A stretch of DNA of 64,000 nt from an uncultured Rivularia sp. Lineage in GTDB: Bacteria > Cyanobacteriota > Cyanobacteriia > Cyanobacteriales > Nostocaceae. Positions 41,540 to 53,777 of this stretch are shown one piece after another (the stretch's first letter is position 1; each line of letters starts with the position of its first letter). The stretch covers positions 3,744,001 to 3,808,000 of the forward strand of contig OY762007.1 of assembly GCA_963665115.1 (NCBI GenBank), read 5' to 3'. The position numbers and the translations under genes are program-made. Below the pieces are notes generated by a model. That model did not search any database, had not been told where the DNA came from, and saw only the letters and a program-made list of their open reading frames with translations.

Positions 41540-42291
41540 TCAGTTACGACAATGAAGTATGACAGTAAAGTGCAATTTTTCTCAAGCCCCAATTCATACC
41601 ATCGAAGTTAATTGGAGATGGGGAGACAAGGGGACAAAGGGACAAAGGGACAAGGAGATCAATAACTTACTCCCTACTCCCAATCCAAAACAAAAGCATC
41701 CGTTGTCAAAATCCAAAATCTTAAAAAGTGCGTTCCAACCTAGAAATGCGTTAAAATTAAGTACCATATATACAAAGTAATCTACTACTATGCCGCCTAT
41801 ATGTTTAGTGATTAGCAAAAGCTATTAGTTAAATATAGTTCTCGTAATGTAAATGTAGAGGCTTGAGGCTATATTGTGTCTATACCAGTAATAGTCAGTA
41901 AACCAGAAAAGAAACAAAAATTATACTTAGTCCATACAAAGTAACAAAAAAGGAGGGTTATAGAAGTGTATATGCACGGGCAGCCCCCATTGCTGGCAAC
42001 AAGTTAAAATGAGAGTCGAATCTTGGGAAGCATTATAATAAATTGCATCTCGTCAGATTTAACAAAATCTATTAACAGTGTCAGTCCTAGCCTAGATAGG
42101 ATCGAGATTAAAAGTTGCTAAGTAATTAAATTATTTTTCATCCCACAATCAACCGTGGGAGTATTTAAAAAACACAGGTTAAGCTAGAGGAGAGAGTTAA
42201 CCTACTTTGCCTAAATCTAGGTATGGCAAGGAGCAATACTCCCATTCCTCAAATGCCCGAATTGTCTCTAGGAAAGCATTGTCCTTACTCC

Positions 42292-43593
42292 ATGCTGCGA
42301 ATTATTAATCAGCAGGCAGACGTTATAGCAGAATTGCAACGTATCTGCGATCGCACTAATGACGAACAGGTGCTTCACAAAGAAGCGACGGTGCGAGAAG
42401 TACTCCAAGCGGTGAAGCGCCAAGGCGATAAAGCAGTATTACATTACACTGCCGAATTTGATAATCAAATCCTGAATGCTGAAGAATTACGAGTAACTAA
42501 GTCGGAATTCGATCGAGCTTACAAAAATATCTCTAAGGATTTGTTAGAAGCAATTAAATTGGCCCGCTCAAAAATAGAAGCATTTCATCGACAGCGAGTT
42601 CCTAAAAGCTGGGTCAACTTTGGTGATGATGAAGTTGTTTTGGGTAAAAGGTATACTCCCGTAGATATTGCGGGTTTATACGTACCGGGAGGTCGAGCTT
42701 CATACCCAAGTACTGTATTGATGAACGCCATTCCAGCCAAGGTGGCGGGAGTTCCACGTCGGGTGATGGTCACACCACCAGGAAGCGAAAAGGGAATCAG
42801 TCCAGCTGTATTAGTGGCAGCTAAAGAAGCTGGAATCGACGAAATTTATCGTATTGGAGGAGCGCAAGCAATTGCCGCTTTAGCTTACGGTACTCAAACT
42901 ATTCCTAAAGTAAACGTTATTACCGGACCGGGAAACATTTACGTTACCTTGGCGAAAAAGTTAGTTTACGGAACAGTTGGTATTGATTCACTGGCAGGGC
43001 CAAGCGAAGTATTAATTATTGCCGATGAAACAGCAAATCCCAATCATGTTGCTGCCGACTTATTAGCCCAGGCAGAACATGACCCAATGGCAGCAGCGAT
43101 ATTGTTAACTACCGATGCTGCTTTGGCGAAGGATGTACAGGTCGCCTTAGAAAGACAATTAGTTGACCATCCAAGGCGGTTAAATACAGAAAAAGCTATT
43201 GCTCATTACGGTTTGGTAGTAATAGTAGAGTCGTTAGAAGTTGCCGCACAATTCTCTAACGAGTTTGCTCCAGAACATTTAGAGTTGGAAGTATCCGACC
43301 CTTGGGCGTTATTACCGAAAATTCGTCATGCTGGGGCAATCTTTTTGGGTCATTCTACCCCAGAAGCCGTGGGAGACTATTTAGCAGGTCCCAATCATAC
43401 TTTACCAACTTCCGGTGCAGCTAGATATGCTTCAGCATTAGGTGTTGAAACTTTCTTAAAGCACTCTAGTATTATTCAGTATTCGCAAACAGCATTAGAT
43501 AAAGTCGCTGGTGCAATAGATGTATTAGCCACTGCTGAAGGGTTAACATCCCATGCGGACTCGATAAGACGAAGAGTACAAAAAGAAGAGTGA
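42292..43593 (+). CDS. hisD: Histidinol dehydrogenase
   Basis: GLYVPGGRASYPSTVLM, GPGNIYV, AGPSEVL, AQAEHD, APEHLEL, GDYLAGPNHTLPT. Start at MLRII (42292). Confidence 0.95.
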   Translation: MLRIINQQADVIAELQRICDRTNDEQVLHKEATVREVLQAVKRQGDKAVLHYTAEFDNQILNAEELRVTKSEFDRAYKNISKDLLEAIKLARSKIEAFHRQRVPKSWVNFGDDEVVLGKRYTPVDIAGLYVPGGRASYPSTVLMNAIPAKVAGVPRRVMVTPPGSEKGISPAVLVAAKEAGIDEIYRIGGAQAIAALAYGTQTIPKVNVITGPGNIYVTLAKKLVYGTVGIDSLAGPSEVLIIADETANPNHVAADLLAQAEHDPMAAAILLTTDAALAKDVQVALERQLVDHPRRLNTEKAIAHYGLVVIVESLEVAAQFSNEFAPEHLELEVSDPWALLPKIRHAGAIFLGHSTPEAVGDYLAGPNHTLPTSGAARYASALGVETFLKHSSIIQYSQTALDKVAGAIDVLATAEGLTSHADSIRRRVQKEE

Positions 43594-43755
43594 ATTAGGA
43601 GTTAGGAGTTAGGAGTTACTTGAAAATTATCTATTCTCTCTACTCCTCTCTCCCTAATTATTAATCTTGTGTTGTCTTGGCTGGGTATTCGGGCAGGATA
43701 GCATTTATTTTTTCTGCTGATTTAAAAATATGGGTTGCATCCTGTTTGTTGCGAT

Positions 43756-44103
43756 TTAGATGTCAGTTTTTTCTTCAGTTACTTCAATATCTTGCAAAGC
43801 TGTTTCAAAGTTCATTCTTTGTTCTGCATTGCGTAAAAAATAACCGCTAATCATTGCCGATGCTAATAATTTACCCAAACTTTCACGATTAGTATTGATA
43901 TTGATATTAAAGTGTTCTGGAGGCAAACTCCCTAGTAGTCCTATAATATTACGCTCTATAACCCCTAAGACTTCAGAAGATTCTGGTTTAGATAATTGGC
44001 TAACTGTTTCAGGACTTAAAGAGCTAACATATTGCCATAATAAGTTGGCACTTTGGGATTCGCCATTAAAAAAATCCGAAACTCGATTGGATGGATTACT
44101 CAC
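43756..44103 (-). CDS. DUF760 family protein
   Basis: LWQYVSSLSPET...LGKLLASAMISGYFLRNAEQRM. GTG start at 44103 after a GGAGG RBS. Confidence 0.8.
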   Translation of the reverse strand: MSNPSNRVSDFFNGESQSANLLWQYVSSLSPETVSQLSKPESSEVLGVIERNIIGLLGSLPPEHFNININTNRESLGKLLASAMISGYFLRNAEQRMNFETALQDIEVTEEKTDI

Positions 44104-44565
44104 GTTTTTCCTCCTTATATTTTTGATATAACAGTATAATAAGTAACTTTCATTTTGTGCGCCGTATGCTTTGCTGAAGCTCAAATCTGTCTTAGCCTTC
44201 TGCGTACATCCAATGTAACAAATTTATTGTGCATTAGAAGAAAGTTTAACCGTACTATAAGCATAGTATTTTTCTAAGAAGCTGATGGAAAAACGCTAAA
44301 GGAAAATGCCCAACTTCAGTGTTCTTTTAAGCTATTAATAAGGATACTCAATAAAAAAGAGGAAGATATTTGTTTCTTCCCCTTACTAAATCCGTTTTTA
44401 AAATTACATATAGAAAGTTTCCGCGTCTTCACCTTGTTGCTCGTTAAAGCCACTTTAAAGGGTATATGGACAAGCTAAAGTAATTTTATTTTCTTCCCCT
44501 GCCTGCCTCTACCCAGTGGTATTAACTTGAACTCAAACGAGTGACGAGTACTGAAGCTAAGCTTG

Positions 44566-45534
44566 TTAGCTAGCCAAATATTCATTCATATCACCTTTGG
44601 ACTTGCGGAGCTTATTTAAAGCTTCTCGCTCAATTTGACGCACTCGTTCCCGACTAATATTAAGCTGCTCGCCTATTTTCACAAGCGTCATTGCTTTTCC
44701 ATCATTTAAACCAAAGCGCAAAGTAATAACTTGCTGCTGCTGGGGTGTCAGATCGGCTATCAAAGACTCCAATTCATATGACAATGAAGATTGCATGACA
44801 AAATCTTCTGGAGAAGCGCCGGGATCTTCCAACATTTCTCCAAGCTCGGTATCGTAATTGTCCCCCAAACGCAAATCTAATGATAATGGAACGCGAGCTT
44901 TTTCTAAATACTCTCGCACCTGCTTGGGAGTCAAATCCAATTCTTGTGCCAATTCCGAGACTGTCGCAGCACGCCCATATTTTTGTGATAATTGACGTTG
45001 TGCTTTCTTAATTTTATTCAGTTTTTCTGTAATGTGAATTGGTAGACGAATTGTACGACCTTTTTCTGCAATCGCGCGAGTAATAGCTTGACGAATCCAC
45101 CAATAAGCATAGGTAGAAAACCTATAACCCTTACTGGGGTCAAACTTTTCTACACCGCGCTGCATTCCGATACTACCTTCTTGAATTAGATCGAGTAGAT
45201 CGACATTACGTTTAATATATTTTTTAGCAACCGAAACTACAAGTCGCAAGTTGGCTTCTACCATTTTGCGTTTAGCAACTTCGCCTTTCTCTATAGTTTC
45301 TTCTAACTCTTGGGGTTTTAACTTCGCACGCTCTGCCCATTCATCCAACGTCGGCTGACGTTTTAATTCGGTCGTTAGAGATTGTTTCACCGATTGCAAA
45401 GCTGTTGCAAGATGCACCTGCTTGCCGAGCAAAATCTCCTCCTCGTGAGTTAAAAGTGGTACGCGACCAATCTCACGCAGATAAGTCCGCACGAGGTCTT
45501 TAGGTGTCTGAACGGTCTTCATAGCGCTAGGCAT
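44566..45534 (-). CDS. sigD: Group 2 RpoD-family sigma factor (SigD-like)
   Basis: [54 protein letters not shown]. The family is certain; the subtype is tentative. Confidence 0.75.
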   Translation of the reverse strand: MPSAMKTVQTPKDLVRTYLREIGRVPLLTHEEEILLGKQVHLATALQSVKQSLTTELKRQPTLDEWAERAKLKPQELEETIEKGEVAKRKMVEANLRLVVSVAKKYIKRNVDLLDLIQEGSIGMQRGVEKFDPSKGYRFSTYAYWWIRQAITRAIAEKGRTIRLPIHITEKLNKIKKAQRQLSQKYGRAATVSELAQELDLTPKQVREYLEKARVPLSLDLRLGDNYDTELGEMLEDPGASPEDFVMQSSLSYELESLIADLTPQQQQVITLRFGLNDGKAMTLVKIGEQLNISRERVRQIEREALNKLRKSKGDMNEYLAS

Positions 45535-46129
45535 AAAGGGTAATGAAAATAAGTATTGACGGTAAATTTACAATTAGGTAGACGCATAAACCGGGTATAC
45601 CTTAAAAAAGTAGAGAACCCAGATCCATTAAAGTGCTATTAAGGCACCTTAGAAACTCGGCATAAGAGTAATTTTAAATTTGATTATTAATTGCTAATAT
45701 TTGCAGTTTGTAACCCTGCCTCACAAGTACCTACAGTTAGATATAAGGTAACTAATTAAACATTTCCTCAATTCTTTATATTGTAAATAATTGTAACATT
45801 TATGAAAACTTTCAGACAACCATTAAATTCTTTTCTCTATTGTCGCCTGTATTACTGGTAAATAAACTTAAATTTTTCCTAAAGAATATCTTCGGAAATT
45901 TAAAATTAGAAAGTTTTTTCTTAATTTAAGCTACACAATCAAGTATAAAAATGGTAACTATTAGTTTTTCAATTTGTTCATTTTAATAAGGCATGGGGGA
46001 TAGCTCACGGAGTTAGGAGTAGTTAGGGTTAAAGGTTAAAGGTTAAAGGTTAAGGGTTAAAGGTTAAAATTCCCTTGTCCCCTTGTCCCCTTGTCCCCTT
46101 GTCTCCCCATCTCCTCATCCCCCATCCCC

Positions 46130-49100
46130 TTACCGGACTAAACAGTAATCCTGAATCAGCTTCACATCCAAATTGGTATTTTGCAAAGAACGAATGGCGG
46201 CAAGGGTTGCTTTTGCACCGGCAATTGTGGTTAGCATGGGTATTTTGTAAGATAATGCCGTGCGTCGAATTAATCTACCATCGCTTTGGGCTTCTTGACC
46301 TGAAGGGGTGTTAATAATTAGTTGTATTTGACGATTTTTTATGGCATCGATAACATGGGGACGACCTTCATGTAGTTTGAGTACTTGCTCTACATTTAAC
46401 CCATTTTCTTTAAGTACTCGCTGGGTACCGCTTGTTGCCATTACAGAAAATCCCAATTGAATAAATTCTTTGACTACGGGAATCGCAGCAGCTTTATCGC
46501 GGTCGTTCATAGATACAAACACCGTACCGCTTAAAGGTAAATGCTCTCCTGCACCCATTTCGGCTTTTGCATATGCCCTGCCAAAGTCACTATCTATGCC
46601 CATTACTTCGCCAGTCGAACGCATTTCAGGCCCTAGAATGGTGTCGGTGCCTGGGAATTTATTGAACGGCAATACTGCTTCTTTAACGGCAATGTGAGAT
46701 GGTATGACTTCTTGAGTAAATCCAAGTTCTTCCAAAGTCTTGCCCGACATAGCCAAGGATGCTAGTTTGGCGATCGGTACGCCTGTTGCTTTGGAAACGA
46801 AGGGTACGGTACGAGAAGCGCGGGGATTGGCTTCTAAAATGTAAACTTGAGGAGAATAAGTTTGAACGCCTACGATAGCAAATTGGACGTTCATTAATCC
46901 GACAACTTTTAAAGCTTGGGCCAACTTAATAGTAGAAGTACGAATTTCTTGGAGAATTGCTTGAGGTAAGGAAATTGTGGGTAGCGCACAAGCCGAGTCT
47001 CCCGAGTGAATTCCTGCTTGTTCAATATGTTCCATAATGCCGCCAATTACGACTTTACCCGTGCTATCGGCAATCGCATCTACATCTACTTCTGTAGCGT
47101 TTTCCAAAAACTTATCTACTAATATGGGATGTTCTGGTTCTACCTGTACGGCAAAAGTCATATACCGTTCTAATTCGGCATCCGAGTAAACGATTTCCAT
47201 TGCTCTTCCACCCAGCACGTAACTAGGACGCACTACTACTGGATAACCAATGCGTTTAGCTACTATCATTGCATCTTCGTAAGTTCTAGCAATTCCGTTA
47301 GGCGGTTGGGTTATATTCAGTTCCTGAAGAATTTTTTCAAATTTTTCCCTGTCTTCAGCAGCGTCGATGGAATCAGGAGAAGTTCCCCAAATTTTTGTTT
47401 GTGGACTTGAGGTTTGTAAATATTTTTGCAAAGGTAAAGCTAATTTTAAAGGTGTTTGTCCTCCAAATTGCACGATTATCCCTACCGGATTCTCAGCTTC
47501 AATGATATTAAGGACATCTTCTAAGGTTAGCGGTTCAAAATAAAGGCGATCGCTGGTGTCATAATCCGTAGAAACTGTTTCTGGATTTGAGTTGACCATT
47601 ATCGTCTCGTAACCCGCATCCTTGAGAGCGTAAGCAGCGTGACAGCAACAATAGTCAAATTCAATTCCCTGTCCGATACGGTTGGGGCCTCCACCTAAAA
47701 TCATTACCTTGGGTTTGTCGCTTGGTATTACTTCGCTTTCTTCTTCGTAAGTAGAGTAATGGTAGGGAGTAAATGCTTCAAATTCAGCCGCACAAGTATC
47801 TACTGTTTTATAAACTGGAATAACTTCTAATTGCTTGCGTTTTTCTCGAACTGCATCTTCGGTGGTTTTGGTTGCAAAAGCAATTTGTTTGTCGCTAAAA
47901 CCATATTGCTTAATTTCATATAACTGTTCTTTTGTCAATTCTGTTAAAGGAGTTCGCTTGATGAATTTTTCAACCTCCAGCAATTGCTGCATCTTGTCTA
48001 AAAACCAATGGTCAATTCCAGTCAGTTCGTAGATTTCGTCAATGCTAATTTTTAACTGCATCGCGTGACGCACGGCGTAAATCCGCTCTGGATTTGGGGT
48101 TCGTAATTGAGCGCGGATTTGTTCTCCAGAAGGTAATTTTTCATGGCGATCGCAACCCCAGCCAGCCCGTCCGGTTTCTAGAGAACGCAAGGCTTTTTGG
48201 AAGGATTCGTTAAAAGTACGACCGATTGCCATTGCTTCCCCTACGGACTTCATTTGAGTTGTCAGTACCGAGGAAGAACCGGGAAATTTTTCAAAAGCAA
48301 AGCGAGGAACTTTGGTGACAACGTAATCAATAGTTGGTTCAAAGGATGCAGGAGTTTCCTTTGTAATATCGTTTTTAATTTCATCTAAGCTGTAGCCGAC
48401 AGCTAACTTAGCCGCCATTTTGGCTATAGGAAAACCCGTGGCTTTACTAGCTAAAGCCGAACTACGAGAAACGCGGGGGTTCATTTCAATTACAACGACT
48501 TCCCCTGTCATGGGATTGACGGCAAATTGAATATTAGAACCGCCAGTTTCTACACCAATCTCGCGGATAATTTTAATTGCGATATCTCGCAAGCGTTGAT
48601 ATTCTTTATCGGTAAGCGTTTGAGCGGGAGCAACCGTAATCGAATCTCCCGTATGAATACCCATCGGGTCAATATTTTCAATCGAACAGATAATCACCAC
48701 ATTATCCGCCAAATCGCGCATCACTTCCAGTTCGTATTCTTTCCAACCCAACAAAGACTGATCGATAAGAATTTGCGATACAGGTGAAGCATCAATACCC
48801 GCTTGCGCCATTTCTTCAAATTCTTCTTGATTGTAAGCAATACCGCCACCAGTACCGCCCATAGTAAAACCTGGGCGAATAATTAAGGGATAGCTGCCGA
48901 TATCTCTTCCTATAACTCTAGCTTCTTCCAAAGATGAAGCAGTACCGCTAGGACAAATTGCGACATCAATTCGCGCCATTGCATCGCTAAACAATTTTCT
49001 GTCTTCAGCTTTTTCAATTGCTGGTAACTTAGCTCCAATTAGTTCGACACCATACTTATCTAAAACACCATTTTTTGCCAAAGCAACAGCGATATTGAGC

Positions 49101-49384
49101 GCAGTTTGTCCTCCCATCGTGGGTAATAAAGCATCGGGACGTTCTTTCTCGATGACTTTTTCTACCATTTCTGGCGTTAATGGCTCAATATAAGTCCTGT
49201 CGGCAGTTTCCGGATCGGTCATAATCGTAGCTGGGTTAGAATTTACCAGCACAACTTCGTAACCTTCTTCCTGCAAAGATTTACAGGCTTGGGTTCCAGA
49301 ATAATCAAACTCACAGGCTTGTCCAATAATAATTGGACCAGAACCTAATAATAAAATTTTTTGAAGGTCTTCGCGACGGGGCAT
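46130..49384 (-). CDS. carB: Carbamoyl-phosphate synthase large subunit
   Basis: [30 protein letters not shown], two ATP-grasp halves, MGS domain. Confidence 0.97.
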   Translation of the reverse strand: MPRREDLQKILLLGSGPIIIGQACEFDYSGTQACKSLQEEGYEVVLVNSNPATIMTDPETADRTYIEPLTPEMVEKVIEKERPDALLPTMGGQTALNIAVALAKNGVLDKYGVELIGAKLPAIEKAEDRKLFSDAMARIDVAICPSGTASSLEEARVIGRDIGSYPLIIRPGFTMGGTGGGIAYNQEEFEEMAQAGIDASPVSQILIDQSLLGWKEYELEVMRDLADNVVIICSIENIDPMGIHTGDSITVAPAQTLTDKEYQRLRDIAIKIIREIGVETGGSNIQFAVNPMTGEVVVIEMNPRVSRSSALASKATGFPIAKMAAKLAVGYSLDEIKNDITKETPASFEPTIDYVVTKVPRFAFEKFPGSSSVLTTQMKSVGEAMAIGRTFNESFQKALRSLETGRAGWGCDRHEKLPSGEQIRAQLRTPNPERIYAVRHAMQLKISIDEIYELTGIDHWFLDKMQQLLEVEKFIKRTPLTELTKEQLYEIKQYGFSDKQIAFATKTTEDAVREKRKQLEVIPVYKTVDTCAAEFEAFTPYHYSTYEEESEVIPSDKPKVMILGGGPNRIGQGIEFDYCCCHAAYALKDAGYETIMVNSNPETVSTDYDTSDRLYFEPLTLEDVLNIIEAENPVGIIVQFGGQTPLKLALPLQKYLQTSSPQTKIWGTSPDSIDAAEDREKFEKILQELNITQPPNGIARTYEDAMIVAKRIGYPVVVRPSYVLGGRAMEIVYSDAELERYMTFAVQVEPEHPILVDKFLENATEVDVDAIADSTGKVVIGGIMEHIEQAGIHSGDSACALPTISLPQAILQEIRTSTIKLAQALKVVGLMNVQFAIVGVQTYSPQVYILEANPRASRTVPFVSKATGVPIAKLASLAMSGKTLEELGFTQEVIPSHIAVKEAVLPFNKFPGTDTILGPEMRSTGEVMGIDSDFGRAYAKAEMGAGEHLPLSGTVFVSMNDRDKAAAIPVVKEFIQLGFSVMATSGTQRVLKENGLNVEQVLKLHEGRPHVIDAIKNRQIQLIINTPSGQEAQSDGRLIRRTALSYKIPMLTTIAGAKATLAAIRSLQNTNLDVKLIQDYCLVR

Positions 49385-49547
49385 AGTTGTTGCCTTTAAA
49401 TACAAGAATATGAATCCCGATCATTTTAAGTTCTTTATTGACCACTTATGCTATTTATTCTCAAGGTTTGTTGTTTTCATGACGAAAATTTACGGGTAAA
49501 TGCTGTTGAACCCGCTTAGAAGACAGCAATATGGTTCAGTTTAATAA

Positions 49548-49730
49548 AGCCGGAGAAGCGGGCAAAACCCAACAGTTCGTCAGAATTTGAAATTCTAGTA
49601 CTCCGCCACATCAGTTTTGCAAGGTAATAAAAATGTAGTGGGAGCGTCTCGCTCCCTCGTGACAACCAGCGAGCTTTCCGGCTTGCACTCCCGGAAACTC
49701 CGCAGAATTATCGTGGTTGAGTACTAGGAA
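49548..49730 (+). ncRNA. ssaA: Probable cyanobacterial 6S (6Sa) RNA
   Basis: GC-richer ~185-nt island with ggagaag...gttc..agaatttgaaattc..gtactccgcc...cagttttgcaa...gagctttccgg...ccggaaactcc...gaat, resembling 6Sa RNA from memory. The ends are complementary and a terminator follows. Confidence 0.6.
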
Positions 49731-49767
49731 ACCTGCTTTGTTCAAAAAGCCGGGTTTCTTTATTTTG
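49728..49767 (+). terminator. Intrinsic terminator after the putative 6S RNA
   Basis: Imperfect stem GAAACCTGCTTT...AAAGCCGGGTTTC followed by TTTATTTT. Confidence 0.55.
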
Positions 49768-50138
49768 GCAAACCATTTATACCTAAATCGAAAAATGCTG
49801 TAAATAACTAAATACCTTTAATTTAATTCAAATTAACCAAGTTACAAATTTTAGCTTTTATAAATTGAGAAATAATCTTAATTAATAACTGAATCGAAAA
49901 AATTAACTTGTATTTAGATTGATTAAATATTGATAGATAAGAATCATTCTCACTAAAAATAAAAACGTTACAAAAATATTTATAATAAATAATTAGAGTA
50001 AGAATAAGAAATTAATTTGCTATCCAATTAAAAATGACAGAGAAATAGCTATGCATCCTCTGTCATGAATTAAAATTTTAAGTTATATGAGAAACTTTCT
50101 TACTGAAGAAAGTGGAGAAATCTATTCTAAAAAGAACA

Positions 50139-50693
50139 TTAATTACTACTTGACTGAACAAATCCCAAAGTTAAGCTGTCTTTAGCTAGGAAGTGAGATA
50201 AATGATAAGCACGTTCCTCAGTTTTGAGAAGCATTTGCTCGTACAAAAGACGTGTAGCTCTATCGCCCAAACTCTCAGCCTGAGTAGCTTGACGACGAAT
50301 GACTCCAATCATTGCTTGCTCTGCTTTCAAATCGTTTTCGATCATTTGACGGCAAGAATAGATACCATCGGATTCTTGCTCAAAGCAGCATAATTCCGCT
50401 AATTTGCTGAAAGAAGCAACGGGTACACCGCCAAGTCCATTTAAGCGTTCTCCAATTTCATGGATATGTCCTTGTACTTCTCCATAGCAATCGTTAAAAA
50501 AGTCATGCAAAGAATAGAATTCCGAACCTTCTACAACAAAATGATGTTTTTGGTACTGAATGTAGAGTGCTTGAAAACTAGCTAATACAACGTTAAAACC
50601 TTCACAGACTGGTTCTGTAACGCTTTTGTCAAGTAACACAGGATTATCGTAAACCTGTCCAAAATTTTGTAATAAAGTTTGTGTGTCAGCCAT
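50139..50693 (-). CDS. dps: Dps/DpsA ferritin-like DNA-protection protein
   Basis: [38 protein letters not shown] hairpin atgacagag...ctctgtcat lies downstream at ~50034-50066. Confidence 0.9.
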   Translation of the reverse strand: MADTQTLLQNFGQVYDNPVLLDKSVTEPVCEGFNVVLASFQALYIQYQKHHFVVEGSEFYSLHDFFNDCYGEVQGHIHEIGERLNGLGGVPVASFSKLAELCCFEQESDGIYSCRQMIENDLKAEQAMIGVIRRQATQAESLGDRATRLLYEQMLLKTEERAYHLSHFLAKDSLTLGFVQSSSN

Positions 50694-51368
50694 TGTTCTC
50701 CTCGCTTATTATCGCTGATTAACAGTCTATTTTGCTAACTGGTTAATCTTTTATATCTTAACATCATAAAACATAATTTTTTTCTGTCAAATATTTTATA
50801 TTTTGAAAGATTTTATTCAACTTTTATTTAATAATTACTAGTTACAAACCCATTTTTATACTCGTTATTGACATCTTTTTTCTAAATCGCGCCACTAATT
50901 TGTGCAAAACAGCTTTTTATCCTTCCGCATCTTAAAACTTGTATTTATCAAAACGAAGAACAATTGACGCGAACAATCTCGGCTTACTTCTGCAAATAAA
51001 CCGTATAAACACATCTAATAGAAATACTTATAAATAAAACGAACTTGTGAAAAACTTATTCCAAGATAGCCAGTATTTTTCTTTTTTCAAGCCAAATTGG
51101 CAGATTCTATGGGGAGATGGGAAATGAGGGGAGTGGCGTTAGCGCAGCGAGGCGTTAGCCTTACCCGTTCACCGGAGGTGTTCCCGAAGGGTAGGGGGAG
51201 ACAAGGGGACAGGGAGAAGAATTAATTACTCCTAACTTCTAACTTTTAACTCTTGATTTAAAATTTAAGTTTTTATTTTTTTTTAAAAGTTACTGAGAAA
51301 TGTTTGCATCTAACATATAATTGTTAGAGAATCTGGATTGCAAAGTTAAAGCAGTGTTGTTGTAACGA

Positions 51369-51662
51369 ATGCTGCGAGTTTATTGCACTTTGAGGGTATT
51401 TATCTTGAAATCGTTTGATTCGCGATCGCAGACAAAACACGTTGTTGAGGTGAGTTGGGCAGACCGTTGGCAAGTTTATCAGCGGTTGCAGGAGCTACAC
51501 ATTCCTTCTTGGTGTAGTAGTAATCAACCTTTAACAGTTGAAATTGCTAACACCGAAGCTGCTATCCAACTTTGGAGCGTTATGCGGCAGCTAAATGCCT
51601 CCCGTCAAGACTTAATCTGTAGTCTCATGGAGTGTTTGAATTATCGTCCTCGGCACCTGTAA
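51369..51662 (+). CDS. Asr1405/Asl0597-family small protein (start possibly TTG at 51406)
   Basis: VSWADRWQVYQRLQELHIPSWC...AIQLWSVMRQ; usual position between dps and a 2Fe-2S protein. Confidence 0.7.
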   Translation: MLRVYCTLRVFILKSFDSRSQTKHVVEVSWADRWQVYQRLQELHIPSWCSSNQPLTVEIANTEAAIQLWSVMRQLNASRQDLICSLMECLNYRPRHL

Positions 51663-51758
51663 TTAATTAGATATTGTCGTTCTAATTAGAGGGTTGTCTA
51701 GATGTAAATCCTTGCAGAATAGCTACTTTGGATCAGTTGTTGTACAGGTTTAAAAATA

Positions 51759-52400
51759 ATGGGAAAATCTCACCGTAAAGAAACGTCAGAATTTTGTCTT
51801 GAGGGACGATTTTTAGAATTTGTAATCAAAGATGGTTATAAACTCAAAGCTTTACTCATAGGTACTTCTGAAGGCGATCGCTATATCAAATTAGCAAAGC
51901 ATTTAAGAGAGGCTTTTGATTTACGTCTACCACCCGGTACTTGGTTACAGATTGTGGGTGAAAAGCAATATGACACCAAAAATGGTGAAGTTAAGTTAAA
52001 AGCCGAGCGAGTTATGGCTTGTCTTAAGGAAGTGGAAAGAAAAGAAGAAGTACTTCCTGCAATTGCCGAAAAACCTAAAGAAAATAAGCAAGAAAAACCT
52101 GCTAAAAGTAATAGTATATTAGTGTGCCAAAAATCTAGTTGCATGAAGCGTGGTGGCAAAAAGCTATGTCAGGCAATAGCAGCTTCTATCAGCGAACGTG
52201 GATTAGAAGATCGAGTTGCTATTAAAGGTACCGGCTGCATGAAGAAATGTAAAGCAGGTCCTAATTTGATCATGCCAGATAAGACTCGTTACACTAAAAT
52301 TCAGGCAGAACAAGTATCTACTGTTATGGACAAGCATTTTGGTCCTAGAGAGCAAGTAGAAATTCTGACATCGGAGATAGTTAACGTTAATACCATGTGA
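51759..52400 (+). CDS. Thioredoxin-like (2Fe-2S) ferredoxin domain protein
   Basis: Cysteine pattern ILVCQKSSCMKRGG...TGCMKKCKAGPN. Confidence 0.85.
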   Translation: MGKSHRKETSEFCLEGRFLEFVIKDGYKLKALLIGTSEGDRYIKLAKHLREAFDLRLPPGTWLQIVGEKQYDTKNGEVKLKAERVMACLKEVERKEEVLPAIAEKPKENKQEKPAKSNSILVCQKSSCMKRGGKKLCQAIAASISERGLEDRVAIKGTGCMKKCKAGPNLIMPDKTRYTKIQAEQVSTVMDKHFGPREQVEILTSEIVNVNTM

Positions 52401-52415
52401 ACTGGATAACATTTA

Positions 52416-53233
52416 ATGCAAGAATTTACTAAGAAGCTTGCAAGTTATGTTTTTGATATGCCCGTAATTCTTGATAAGTATTTTCAACTGCAAAAGCTGG
52501 GTTTGTTAGGCAAACCGAGCTTTTGCAGTTTTAGTCAATGCTACCAAACATTATTAGATTTATTCTTCTTCCGCAGCAAGATTGTCAAAGCCTTTCAAGA
52601 TAGCCGGATAATTTATCAAAATATCGCTACTGCTTACGATGAAATTGAAAAAATCATCGAAGAAATTTAATCAATCGCCGAATCAGAACAAATAACAACC
52701 AAAATATTAAATCAGTTGACTAATAAATTAAAAGAATTACCGCAAAAATCATTAACATATACACGTTTATTGAGAAACTTAAAAGACTATCAAAATACGA
52801 TTGACATTAACCGCAATAACTAAGCTGTTGCGTATTCAATTTGTATATGAGAAGCGGGCAAGATGCCCGCACTACAATCGTTCAAATTCTTTACCTTATA
52901 CAATTTAGCTGCACGTCAGCTTATCAAGAAAAACTCAGAAAAATCAGCGCTGCAACTCAAGACGAGAATTTAAGTATTCTCGAAACTTTCTACAAACAAA
53001 ATTGCGAGATATTCTACAAACAAATCAATGCCGATATTGGATAATTCGAGCAAGGCTCAAACTTATTAGAGCAAGCAACAGCATCTATTCGCGGTATCGT
53101 CGAAATCGAACAAACCAAACGCGATCGCCGCAGCCTTGAAGCTGAACGCAATCTCAACACTATAATACATACTCTCGGTATCGGCTTTGGCAGTGGTGCA
53201 ATTATTTCCGGTGTAATTGTACAGCATATTAAA
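52416..53233 (+). pseudogene. Degraded coiled-coil/membrane hypothetical gene with in-frame stops and two insertions
   Basis: The frame continues through TAA at 52668 and 53042. Removing MITE 52821-52923 with one TA restores NNYQEKLRKI. The gene ends ...ASIRGIVEIEQ...ILGIGFGSGAI. Confidence 0.65.
52821..52923. mobile_element. 103-bp MITE with TA target duplication, same family as 5564-5666
   Basis: Ends TAAGCTG...CAGCTTA, core gcgggcaagatgcccgcactaca; interrupts a reading frame. Confidence 0.8.
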
Positions 53234-53777
53234 TAATCCCAACCAGCAATCTTTAAAACTGAAAACTACTGGTTTGGTATGACTACACCGAGATGGATTA
53301 TATTAGTGTCTACTTTTAATAGTATATTGATAATAACTATTATGGGTGAAGTTAGTATTTGTGAGTTTGACCTTAGTAGCGGTTACATGACAAAAAACGA
53401 CGTTGGCTATTTCTATTTACCAAAACTACTAAATATTCACTGTTAGATATTAAAGACGTGCAAGTAGAGTGGGAAAAACATAAAAGTAATCTTTATCGAA
53501 TTACCATTACTCTCGCTTCTGCCAAAAAAATTCCTCTGAGTACCTCAGATGCTAATTACTTAAAATCTGCTAAAAAAATAAAATCTTCAGCAAATAAAAT
53601 CCGAAACTTTATCTCTTTACTAAGTAATTAAAGCTTTTAACTAAAAGTCCCTACCTAAAGACTGAATTATTAACCCTTAAGTTAAAATTAATTATCTCTC
53701 AAGTACAGCTTAAATATTTATTAACTTTCTTTATAATAAAAGTCTTGCTTTCATATTACACCAATGGTGAAATTAAG

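Noticed and set aside
41559..41818. Short ORFs 41559..41780 and 41594..41818 (also 46075..46314 and 55344..55589)
   Set aside because: They translate STRR heptamer repeats or overlap real genes on the opposite strand.
49930..51345. Fur/PerR boxes around dps (e.g. gataagaatcattctca ~49936, tgagaaatgtttgca ~51294)
   Set aside because: Plausible from context, but the matches are too degenerate in AT-rich DNA to support.
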